A stretch of 25,271 nucleotides of DNA from Octopus sinensis (taxonomy: Eukaryota): contig NW_021836108.1 in the NCBI RefSeq assembly GCF_006345805.1, positions 1 to 25,271 on the forward strand. Direction: 5' to 3'. The first letter of the stretch is position 1; each line of letters starts with the position of its first letter. The notes under the pieces are model-generated. The model worked only from the letters and a program-made list of their open reading frames with translations, searched no databases and was not told the origin of the DNA. Positions 1 to 10,219 of the stretch are shown here, piece by piece. The translations under genes and the position numbers were made by a program.

Positions 1-197
1 TTCTTCTTCTTCTGTTTCTTCTCTTGCTTTTCTAACTTCATGTTTACCTTGGTTTGTTTCCTCCTCCTCCTCCTTCTCCTCCTCTACTTCTTTTCCTTGT
101 TGCTATTTTCTCTGACACCATTGTTGTCATCGTCGTCGTCGTCTTAATCGTTGTTATCGTTTAATCTTAGGACACCTTTGATCCAAAAAACTACCTC

Positions 198-1025
198 TGA
201 TCAAAAGCGTTCCAACCGTGTCGACCTATAGTAAAATTACATTCAATATTTTCTTCCTGTTTTGAATCTGGTAGTAAGATGTTATTTCATGAGGAAGATT
301 TTGGTGCTATTTCTAACAAGGTACTCTTCAATGGATACTCGTTTAATGCTGTCTATGTTGTTGCTAATACTCCAATCCTAGGCCGTGTATTCAAATGTCC
401 ACCATCTTGTCTTATATATTGGTATAAATGTATTTTGAACTAGATTATAGACAAGTTAGACTGACTTTTCTGTATGTCTGGATGTTCTTGTTTAGCAGAA
501 ATTCGAACAAAAACGTTCCAAGCGTGGCCATCCTGTCTTTTATGAATATGGGAACTACAGTGTTCAATGTATCTTTTATTTAATATGAAAGGGTATGGTC
601 CCGGGAGAAGAGGGAATTGGCCGCTGTTTCTAGCGTCTGATGTGAGCACACAGAAATATCTCTTTATAACTCAGTAAGGGTGGGCCAAGATAGACTGGTG
701 TTGTCACATCTCTTTATGTTCTAGCGGTGAAATAGCGGAGGTCAAGTACAGTTGTCAAGTACACTTGTTGTTGTTGTTATTGCAGTTGTTGTTATTGTGG
801 TGGTGATGGAGGTTTTTGTTTAACCCCAAGTCCACAACCCTGATCAAACAGACCGATAATCAAAGACATTCCAAGCATAGTCCACAAACACATCTTTTAC
901 CTACGTGCAGGAAATCAAGGATCACGTTATCCAACAACTCTTTCTCTAATATTGGCGCAGTGTGATTTGAAGGAGGTTTAACGGCTATTTCTAGCAGGTT
1001 AGACGACCATGCAGAAATTCCTTCG
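198..1025 (+). repeat. Three diverged copies of a bipartite dispersed repeat (about 198-321, 505-650, 858-1025)
   Basis: Motif A (ATCAAAAGCGTTCCAACC / ACAAAAACGTTCCAAGC / ATCAAAGACATTCCAAGC) is followed about 70-100 nt later by motif B (TGGTGCTATTTCTAACA / TGGCCGCTGTTTCTAGCG / ACGGCTATTTCTAGCA) in each copy. Confidence 0.65.
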
Positions 1026-1053
1026 CAGGAGCTCACTATAAGCTTGTACTGTT

Positions 1054-1110
1054 TGATGGTGATGGTGATGGTGATGGTGATGGTGGTGGTGGTGGTGGTG
1101 GTGGTAGTGG
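1054..1110. repeat. (GATGGT)n/(GGT)n microsatellite
   Basis: Direct reading. Confidence 0.95.
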
Positions 1111-1297
1111 TAACGGTTTCAGCCGTTTGATATGATACAATGGAGGAAGTGGATTGTTATCATGTGTTTGTAAGTTGATGTTGGAATCGCGGCTGAGGTG
1201 AGCAAAGTAGAATATTTTTACAATTGCATATTTCTGAGATGAGGAATTTCATATTGTATATTAGTCGGGGTGGTGTTCTCATTTTAATTGTTACTTT

Positions 1298-1323
1298 CAC
1301 CACGTTTCAGCCTTCTTCAGGTG
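1298..1323 (-). ncRNA. Degenerate minimal type-I hammerhead-ribozyme-like motif
   Basis: Minus strand CAC-CTGAAGA-AGGCT-GAAA-CG-T-G-GTG. CUGANGA and GAAA cores are intact, stem I is CAC/GTG and helix III is palindromic ACGU. Stem II is vestigial and the cleavage nucleotide is G (non-permissive). Confidence 0.55.
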
Positions 1324-1342
1324 TCTTGTGATTCACCTTAGT

Positions 1343-1399
1343 GCCCTACCTGGGATTGAACCCAGAATCTCTAGGTGACCGCACTGCATTAACCAGCGC
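1343..1399 (-). mobile_element. tRNA-derived SINE head (Pol III promoter-like)
   Basis: Minus strand GCGCTGGTTAATGC...CTGGGTTCAATCCCAGG: partial A-box region and B box GGTTCAATCCC (1362-1352). Confidence 0.55.
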
Positions 1400-2146
1400 T
1401 TTTATCTATTTTGCTAGCGTAGTGTTCATTTTCTGCGGGAGAACTAAAGGATCTAACAAGTTGGGCGTTGCTTTTCATATGAGGGCTTCAGAAAGAAAAG
1501 GGAAGACATCTGCTTTGCCTCAGCAGTAGCGTTACTAGAGTGTGTAAGCCGCCCGGGGTCAGGCTGAGTTTACAGCATCCTCCACCCACTCCCGCTGCCT
1601 ATACAAGCTTATACAAGAAAACCCATAGGAGCCGCACCCATAAAAACGTCGCCCGGGGAGGTTACTAGGCTTAAGCCCAAGGAACATTACGACTGGGTTT
1701 CAACTCAAAGAACATCACCACGTGTTTAGGAACGGATTCAGGTAAGACAGAGTTGTGTTTAGGTAAGATCGTGTCCGTTTAAGTAAAACAGGATTGTTAT
1801 TGGAACACCATGGAATCTCATTCACAACATAAAATACAATCTATGAACATATTCTATGACAAATTAAAATATATCTTATTAATTGTTCATGTTGGGATTT
1901 TAACTGGTTCATTTGTTTTTAGTTTTGTGTCAGATTTTTATGGTTTTTCTCAATTATTTATTCCCTTTTGCTTATATTTTTTAAAATTTATATCCGGGAC
2001 TATTTAGTCCAATCACAGTGCGTCGTTTTTTAAGAGACAACAGTTGGATTTGAGCCATGTTGGAGGAAAGACTATATTTATATGGCAAGTCAAAAGATCT
2101 AAGATAGATATTAATGATTATGTCTCAATGTCTCTGAACGATATGC

Positions 2147-2515
2147 AAACATACATACATACATACATACATACATACATACATACATACATACATACAT
2201 ACATACATACATACATACATAATACGTAACATATATACACACACATACATACATACATACATACATACATACATACATACATACATACATTAGTATACAT
2301 ATATATATACACACGTACATGCATTCATTTATACATACTTACATACACACATACATGTGTACGTACGTTCATGCACATTCATACATACATACATTCATAC
2401 ATACACACACACACTTACATTCATGCATACATACCTTCATTCATACATACATACATTCATGCATATACATCCATCCATCCATCCATCCATGCATACATAC
2501 ATACATACATACATA
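2147..2515. repeat. Compound (CATA)n/(CATT)n/(CATC)n microsatellite
   Basis: Direct reading; source of the HTYI/MYVC pseudo-ORFs. Confidence 0.95.
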
Positions 2516-2925
2516 TGAGTATGTAGATGGTAAGCTTTATATCAAACTTAACATGGATGTATTGTTAGAGCACCGAGCACTGTGCTGTATACCTATATTT
2601 TGCATTGGTCTGCCTGTGCATACACGTGTGTATTTATGTTTATAAATTTGGATTGTATACTGGCGTTCTCACATAAAATGATTAAGAAACTAATTCCTGT
2701 AGAATGCATTTTCTTGCAAAGATCCCAGGAATAATGCAAGGGAGACAACAATTAAGATTTCTCTTTAAGTCACCTTCCATGGTGTTTATATTTAGTTAGA
2801 TATCCTGAAATCCCGTACAGTCTCGGGTAACTTTGTGTCTTCACATCCAAAATGAAGGAGAATACCAACGTTCCCATGTGTCAGGCCGATAATGGTCAAA
2901 AGATTCCACTTTACATGAAACAACC

Positions 2926-2995
<70 letters not shown>

Positions 2996-2998
<3 letters not shown>

Positions 2999-3206
2999 AA
3001 TAAACCTTACACAATAAATAATACGTGAAATACACAAAGGGACGAACATAAAGGACAAACGGGTTCATTCAGACGAACGGGAACGTGAAACTCTGAGTAA
3101 CAGCTTTTGTTATATTTCTGCTGCTTTTAAATCAAGCATATTACTCTACCCCTGGTATTTGAGTACTCTTTTCCCACCTTGTTTCACATTTATGTGCTTA
3201 CTCCGG
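2996..3206 (+). mobile_element. Short island between (TA)n tracts carrying a hammerhead-like motif; probable Penelope-like element terminal repeat
   Basis: Bounded by (TA)n at 2928-2995 and 3207-3217; contains the hammerhead-like core at 3070-3099. PLE assignment is inference from the known PLE-hammerhead association. Confidence 0.45.
3065..3104 (+). ncRNA. Type-I hammerhead-ribozyme-like motif, degenerate
   Basis: CAGACGA (CUGANGA with U4A), stem II ACG-GGAA-CGT (GNRA loop), GAAA, stem III CT-CTG-AG, GUA triplet. Stem I pairs poorly (TCATT vs ACAGC). Confidence 0.6.
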
Positions 3207-3216
3207 TATATATATA

Positions 3217-3410
3217 TCAATATCTATAAATCTGAAATGCGAAAAGTTTGTTTGTCTGGTTTTGGCATTGGAACTAGTTAAAGGCCACTAGATCCCGTCG
3301 GATTGACTCCAAAATTTACAGGGACATGTAAAATAAGGTGAGGATGCGAGTGGGCTAGCTTAGAAATCCCTATCTTAAAAGGTATCGTTACTAGGGCCAA
3401 AAACGCACAC
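3217..3410 (+). mobile_element. Helitron-like 5' terminal segment
   Basis: A|TC start (3217 or 3223) followed by TATAAATCTGAAATGCGAAAAGTTTGTTTGTCTG, typical of non-autonomous Helitron 5' ends; no dedicated 3' end seen before 4480. Confidence 0.45.
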
Positions 3411-3568
3411 TTTGACAAGTCTCCTCTCATTCTCTTATCTGCATGTCTTCCTCTGTCTCTCTCTTTGTTTCCTCCCTTCCCATCACTTTCTCTCTATAAG
3501 GATGTTTGACAGATACTGCTATCTTTCCCTACCGCTTTCGCCAGCGCTGTCCCTCTTTCCCTCATCAC

Positions 3569-3571
<3 letters not shown>

Positions 3572-3616
<45 letters not shown>

Positions 3617-3813
3617 CGTCTGTCTGCATTCATAGAGAGAATTATTATCGCCACCACCATCACCACCACCACACAATCATTCGAACAAATATTATGAATC
3701 AGATATTTAGTGGGTTAATTTATATGTGTGTGTGTGTGTGTGTGCTTGTCTGTATCTATATATAAATATGTATATATAATGTATATATATACAAAGTGTA
3801 TATATATGTTATT

Positions 3814-3867
<54 letters not shown>

Positions 3868-3931
3868 GTATACATTTGTATATATAATGCGTACACACCA
3901 CACACACACATATATATATATATATATAATG

Positions 3932-3970
<39 letters not shown>
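3572..3970. repeat. (CT)n, (CAC)n, (GT)n and (TA)n microsatellite cluster
   Basis: Direct reading. Confidence 0.9.
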
Positions 3971-3972
<2 letters not shown>

Positions 3973-3993
3973 GTGTACATTATGTGGTCGGTT

Positions 3994-4467
3994 GAGCTGA
4001 AAATATGCACAGCTATGTTAAAAGTGCTGGCGAGTTTGCATGCCAACTATTTTTTTCTTCAAATGAAAGGCGTGACCTCTAGGACAAAATTCCTCATCTT
4101 TTAAAATGTGGCCCGATTACACCCGAATGAAATCGGCTTATATTAACCAAACAAATAAGACAATGAAAAACTATGCCATTTTAATCCCAAGTAAGGTATG
4201 GTATCTCTGTAGGTCTACTACATATTTGTGAAAAGGGCAGACGTTGTCTCACTAGTAGTTATACAGGCAAAATTGTTAGTAAATATGGTAGGATTCAGTT
4301 GAAAATTTGCACACCTATGTTAAAAGTCCTGGCGAGTTTGCATGGCAACTTTGAGTTTGCTCAATTGAAAGATGTGGCCTCTAGGGCAAAATTCCTCATC
4401 TTTAAAGTGTGGCCCGCGTAGACCCGAATGAAATTGAGTTATAATACCGAAACAAATAAAACAATGA
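3994..4467 (+). repeat. Diverged direct repeat of about 172 bp (3994-4166 and 4296-4467)
   Basis: Shared blocks CTATGTTAAAAGT.CTGGCGAGTTTGCATG, CAAAATTCCTCATCTTT, TGTGGCCCG, ACCCGAATGAAAT and AAACAAATAA.ACAATGA at an offset of about 302 bp. Confidence 0.9.
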
Positions 4468-4479
4468 TTAACTCTGCTA

Positions 4480-5215
4480 TCTATATATATAAAAGATGTT
4501 TTGGGTCAAAATTGTGTGCACGTTTTGCTACGTCAGGGGTTGGCGGCCACACCAGTGGTCAGATCGAGCTGAAAATTGACACAGGCATAGATGACACAAA
4601 TGAAAATTGACACAGGCATGATGAGCTGAGTAGGTTAAAACTCACCATCTGGAAAGATGCAGTTGCTATGCTGAGAAGATTCAAGGGGGCTCTAAGCCCC
4701 TCCAGATTGGCGCGATTGGCATCTAATCCTATCTATAACATGAAGAAGGCGAACGTTGGAACATATTGGATTTTTATGTAAAAAGGGGTCTAAATGGGGC
4801 TGGAAGGGGATTCAAATTTACAGGAGGGGGAAATTGAGGAGGGAAATTGATTGGGAGACGTTTTGTGGCGCTACAGAGGTTGCTTTGGTGTGAAAACAGG
4901 ATTTTATTGATTTGGGGGGACACTTGGTGGTCTAGATCGGACACCTTTTTCCCAATTTCAATCAAATTTTCAACATGGTAAAGTATAAGCGGATTTGTAA
5001 TTTAAACGCGGAAATCTAATTTTTTTATAAATGGCAGAGAGATAGATAGAGAAAGATAAAGAGTAAGAGAAAGTGAGGGAAAGTCCAAGAGAAAGGAAGA
5101 GTAAGAGAGTGGGAATGGGAATGATAGAGCAAACAAAGAGGGAGAATGTGGGAATAAGAAACAGAAAATAACAACAACAACCTCACCCGCGCGTAGAGCG
5201 GGTCACTTAAGCTAG
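4480..5215 (+). mobile_element. Complete non-autonomous Helitron (736 bp)
   Basis: A|TCTATATATATAAAAG 5' end; 3' hairpin ACCCGC-GCGTAGA-GCGGGT (5185-5203), 8-nt spacer, CTAG|T (5212-5216); sits between A and T with no TSD. Confidence 0.85.
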
Positions 5216-5298
<83 letters not shown>

Positions 5299-5339
5299 TA
5301 TACATATATATACGTACGTAGGGATAAATTATATAAAAT

Positions 5340-5698
5340 TTGCGTGGGTTCAGCCCCACTGCGTGACACCTTGGAAAAATGTCTACTACTACACCCTCAG
5401 GCTGACCAAAGCCATGTGAGTGGATTTGTTAGACGGAAACGGAAATCGTGTGTGTGTATGTGTGTGTGTGTGTGTCTGTGTTTGTTCCGCCACCACCACT
5501 TCACAATCGGTGTGGTGTGTTTTCGACCCCGTAACTTAGCGGTTCGACCAAAGAACTCGATAGAATAAGTACTAGCTTTTAAAATGATGTACTGGTGGTC
5601 GGTTCATTCGTTCGACTAAAAAAAAAAAAATCAAGGCGATGCTCCAGCATAGCCGAAGTCAAATGACTGAAACAAGTAAAAGATACAAGATAAAAGAT
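5340..5698 (+). mobile_element. tRNA-derived SINE family A, 5'-degenerate
   Basis: GGGTTCAGCCCCACTGCGTGACACCTTGG head, internal (GT)n, CCCGTAACTTAGCGGTTCG, tail GCTCCAGCATAGCCGAAGTCAAATGACTGAAACAAGTAAAAGA; colinear with the copy at 18121-18525. Confidence 0.85.
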
Positions 5699-5699
5699 C

Positions 5700-5755
<56 letters not shown>

Positions 5756-6072
5756 TCTCTCTCACACACACACGTAGTTTCCCTCGTTGGCTTCCATATA
5801 GAAAATTAGTGCAATATTTTACAATTTGCCGCAGATCTCCAATTCCTCGACCATCATTATTAAAATAACATGGCCATAAATTTGGTTTCGATTTCTTGTT
5901 TGTTTTCTTTAAGTTTGTTTTCTTTATGTTAACATTGTTCTGGTGGGTTTTTTTCCCTCCCCCCTGATGCAATCCAAGACACTCGCCAAATTTCCAGCAA
6001 ACGATCGCCATATTATTTTTAGAACATCTACAGTAATGACGTCGAGGTTCCATCCTCGCCATGCTGTTGATT

Positions 6073-6248
6073 GGGATGCTGATGATGATGATGATGATGA
6101 TGATGATGGGGGAAGATGCTGCTGCTGCTGATGATGATGATGGTGGTGGAGATGATGATGCTGATGATAGGGATGATGATGATGGTGGTGGTGGTAGTGG
6201 TGGTGGTAGTGTGGCTGTGGTGTTGGTGATGATGATGATAATGATGAC

Positions 6249-6297
<49 letters not shown>

Positions 6298-6425
6298 GTG
6301 GGGTTGGTGGTGCTGGTGATGATGTTGGTGATAGTAATGATGATAATGATGATAATTATGAGGATGATGATGGTGGTGGTAGTGGTGGTGGTGGTGGTGG
6401 TGGTGATGATGATGATGACGATGAC

Positions 6426-6476
<51 letters not shown>

Positions 6477-6760
6477 TGTGGTGGCGGTGATATAGTTGTG
6501 GCGGTGAGATGGTTGTGATGGTACTGCAGCTGCAGCTGGTGCTGTTGGTGATGGTGATGGTGATGGTGGATGTAGTGCTGCTTCAGTCAGTAGTGGTGGT
6601 GCTGGTGGCGGTGGCGGAGTTCATGATGATGATGCGATGGTGGTGGTGGTTGTGGAAATGGGGATTAGTAATAATGATGATGATGGTGATGACGGCGATG
6701 AAGGTAATAGCAACGATGATGATGATAATGAGAAGCGGGATAAAAAGGAAGAACAAGAGG
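6073..6760. repeat. Long compound (GAT)n/(GGT)n trinucleotide tract
   Basis: Direct reading; explains the poly-M/D/V/H ORFs. Confidence 0.95.
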
Positions 6761-6988
6761 ATATGATGCATTGGGGGTGGCGAAGATGGATGATAAGGGC
6801 GAACGGTTATCGATCTCTCTATTTATATTCCGTGAACCAGACAGGCCATTACTAATCGCAGCCTCGTTCTGAGAGAGAAACTTTTGCGCCACACAACTGC
6901 CAAGATGTATTGATGCTTTACACCGTCTTTGGAATACACCGTTGTGGCAGACACTGGAAGACCCCGTGAACCATGTCTAATTATAAGA

Positions 6989-6990
<2 letters not shown>

Positions 6991-7066
<76 letters not shown>

Positions 7067-7236
7067 TTATATATATATATATACACACACATATACATAT
7101 ATATATATGAATGTATGTTTATATACATATATATATGTATATGTATATGTATATATATATATATACATACATACATATTTATTTATGTATACAGATACGT
7201 ATATATATATGTATACATACAAACACATGTATGCAT

Positions 7237-7279
<43 letters not shown>

Positions 7280-7571
7280 TGCATGCATATATAAATATAT
7301 GTATGTCATTTATATATATGTATATATATTGTGTGTGAGTGTGTATGTGTGTGTGTGTGCGTGTGTGTGTGGTACTTCTTATACCACCTATTTGAACTAA
7401 CTAAACTATATACATACATACGTGCATACATCAAAAATACCTTGTTGTTGATGTTGAAATTCCAATAAAGGAGCCTTGGATCTACGTTAGAAACCGGCTC
7501 TTTATTGGCAAGATACCTTGAAATAAAACTGAACAGTGACATACATACATACATACATACATACATACATT

Positions 7572-7603
<32 letters not shown>

Positions 7604-7718
7604 CAAACATACATACATACATACATACATACATACATACATACATACATACATACATACATACATACATACATACATACATACATACATACATACATAC
7701 ATACATACATACATACAT
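6991..7718. repeat. (CA)n/(TA)n/(GATA)n/(GT)n/(CATA)n microsatellite cluster
   Basis: Direct reading; about 160 bp of non-repetitive sequence at 7375-7538. Confidence 0.9.
7435..7545 (+). mobile_element. Probable LINE 3' end running into a (CATA)n tail
   Basis: GATGTTGAAATTCCAATAAAGGAGCCTTGGATCTACG...GAAATAAAACTGAACAGTGACATACATAC; only one copy here, so the call rests on recalled resemblance. Confidence 0.3.
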
Positions 7719-8102
7719 GAAGGCAAAATTCAATTCTTCACTGTGGCAATTGTATGAATTATTGAGCTACATTCTATTTCCAGAAATCATTCATGATTAG
7801 GGAGAAAATTCCAGTGGAATCTCTTACTTCTGCTCATGTCTTTACAGTAGTTGTTGTCCTGTAACTGTCTGAGCGGAACATTAATGGAATCTGTCCCACA
7901 AGTCTTAGAGAATTGGCAAAAGTCATGCGTTCTGCTCTTTCCCCCAGAATCAACAAGTAACAATAAATGTGTTTGTGTGTTTGTTAGCATCTGGTTATGT
8001 ACGGTGGTGTAATTACATTCGATCCTAAGAAGGGAGAGATTTTAATTTTAATCCAAACTTGCTGTCTTCGATTTGGTTTATGTGCATAACCTCATCTATC
8101 TT

Positions 8103-8492
8103 CTATTTTCTATCTTTTAATTATTCCACTCATTAGTCTGCGGTCATGCTGTAGCACATCTTTGGGGAATGTTTAGTCTAATGAATCGACCCGAGTACTT
8201 ACATTTTAAGCCTGGTACTTATTCTATCGATCTCTTTTGCGAAACCTCTACGGTACAGGTTCGCAAACACACCAGCATCGGTTGTGAAGCGGTGGTAGGG
8301 GACAAACACACACACACATATATATCTACATACGACGGGCTTCTTTCAGTTTCCGTCTACTAAATTCACTCACAAGGCTTTGGTCGACCCGAAGTTATAG
8401 AAGGCACTTGCCCAAGGTGCCACACAATTGGACTGAACTTGGAACTATGTGGTTGGTAAGCGAGCTTCTTATCACACAGCCACGTCTGCGTC
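8103..8492 (-). mobile_element. tRNA-derived SINE family A, near full length
   Basis: Reverse complement is colinear with 18121-18525 (GTGGCTGTGTG head, CACCTTGGGCAAGTG, AGACGGAAACTGAAAGAAGCCCGTCG, GCTACAGCATGACCGCAG tail). Confidence 0.9.
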
Positions 8493-8883
8493 TGTGATGA
8501 ATGTTTGATAAATAACCGAAAGAGTACGATGGCGACTGAAAGAGTACGACAAGCGACTGAAATGGGTTTTCCCGCCAAGGATTTCGAGCGTAATGTTATT
8601 CGACAGAGTGCGTAGCTCTTCTCCATTTTGAGAAGTCGCAGACCCGGTTCTATGGACAGTTGACAAGAATGTCGCAGTAAAGTTCAACCAAAATGTGTTT
8701 TGACAGCTGCTTTGATTCTAATTAGGACAGTTGGGAGAAATTGTCTGAGGTCAACTCCTCCCATGACCCTTCCAAGAATAGTGGGCACCGAAAATCGACG
8801 GATAGGTGTTTTGCATTAACTTCTTCCATTTTGGAGAATTCATGCCAGTCAGTAACAAAATCATAGTGTAACACCATCTTTGT

Positions 8884-9467
8884 CTTTGAGTAGCAACTGT
8901 TATTTCCTATTTGCCTATCCCTAGAAATAAATGCTTTTCTTTCATTTATTCAACCCATGACTGTGATGCTCCCCCACTACTTCTGCTTGTGATCAGAGAT
9001 ATACGTACTGTCAGCCACTAAGGGACATGCTCAAGTGGTTATGGTCAAGCAAATCTGTGGTGTTGTGCAGAATATTTGCTATAACGATATTCCTACTTCA
9101 GAAACTGAGCACTGGATCTACGGGAAATATAATGAAAAATAGGTCAGTTTGAAAACGTTAATATCCAGTTGATAGCAGCATCAGAAAAGCAAAGTTTGAA
9201 GGGACCAGTAGTGATTTCTAGATAGAAGCAAATGAGTAATAACACTTACTAACCGAAGACATGCAAACCTGTTGTATTGAACAGAATGTTTGCTATAACG
9301 ATCTTTCTGCTTCAGCAACTCGGTGCTGAATCTGTCTGAAATGTAATGGAAAATAGGTCAACTTGAAAACATTGATGTCCAGGTCAGAAAAAGTTTGAAG
9401 GGAATAATATTGATTTTCTTTGATTTCTAGATAGAAGCAAATAGGAAATAACGTTAACTGACCAAAG
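8884..9467. repeat. Fold-back unit: terminal inverted repeats enclosing a diverged tandem duplication
   Basis: Exact 16-bp IR GTTATTTCCTATTTGC (8899-8914) / GCAAATAGGAAATAAC (9437-9452), extendable with mismatches to about 45 bp; direct repeats start at 9068 and 9282 (CAGAAT.TTTGCTATAACGAT). Confidence 0.75.
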
Positions 9468-9575
9468 GAAAAAAAAAGATTAAAATCTTGTTACACAGTG
9501 TTATATGGTTTTCTTATTTGAGTTAAGTCTGTGTCAAGACTTCGAAACTGTGAGTGAATTAGTGTTTGTATATTT

Positions 9576-9790
9576 ATGGATATATATCTGAATAGACTTA
9601 CAGCTAATACATATACAGGTCTCTTCGGTACACGAATGAGCGCAATTGACCTTCACGTATGTTTGTGTACACTATGCTAACCCATGTGATTGAATGCATA
9701 GATTCATTCCAGAAAAATCAAATGGAAACCCTTTGGACTGTTTGGCAAGTCTTCACTATAACGTTAATCGATTGGATTTGGAGAAAGCAA
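9576..9790 (+). other. Candidate exon pair with LRR-like reading and an apparent frameshift
   Basis: Open frame MDIYLNRLTANTYTGLFGTRMSAIDLH ends at CAC|GTATGT (9656/9657); 56-nt intron with GCTAAC and TTCCAG|; next exon from 9713 reads KNQMETL, then in another frame DCLASLHYNVNRLDLEK. Confidence 0.25.
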
Positions 9791-9867
9791 GTCAGTTTGT
9801 CTTCTTCTCTCCCGAAGGAACAAAACTCAGCGTTTCCATGCTTTCATGCTAAACCATTTATCTTTAT

Positions 9868-10058
9868 GTTTTTGTCTTTTACATGTTTCCGTCATGAGAC
9901 TGCGGCCATGCTGGGGCACCGCCTTGAACGGTTATACACGAACGAATCGAATACTAGTATTTATTTTTTCCTTTCAATCTGGTATTTATTCTATCAGTAT
10001 CTTTTGCCGAACCATTAAGTTATAGGGACGTAAACAAACCAAGCGGTGATAGAGAAAG

Positions 10059-10060
<2 letters not shown>
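9868..10060 (-). mobile_element. SINE family A, 3' half only
   Basis: GACTGCGGCCATGCTGGGGCACCGCC tail and CTTTTGCCGAACCATTAAGTTATAGGGACGTAAAC match the family; the 5' half is absent beyond the microsatellite. Confidence 0.85.
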
Positions 10061-10092
<32 letters not shown>

Positions 10093-10219
10093 TTATATAT
10101 ATATATGCTCACACACACACACACGTATATATATACACATATATTTATGCCTATATGTACATACATATACATACACACACACACACATGTATGTATGTAT
10201 GTGTGTGTATATATATATA

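Noticed and set aside
2111-2645. MYVC/HTYI ORFs here and at 7067-7757, 21758-22915 and 24168-24984
   Set aside because: Translations of (CATA)n, (TA)n and (CA)n microsatellites.
2850-2895. Minus-strand CTGACAC...GGAACGTT resembling a hammerhead
   Set aside because: Both cores are mutated and no stems form.
6061-6892. Poly-M/V/D/H ORFs of up to 144 aa
   Set aside because: Translations of (GAT)n/(GGT)n tracts with no non-repetitive coding context.
7784-7960. LRR-like reading KIPVESL...L*LSERNINGICPTSL after TTCCAG, and a minus-strand alternative exon TCGTDSINVPLRQLQDNNYCKDMSR
   Set aside because: In-frame stop, no asparagine at the consensus position and conflicting strands; LRR-like patterns arise easily in AT-rich DNA.
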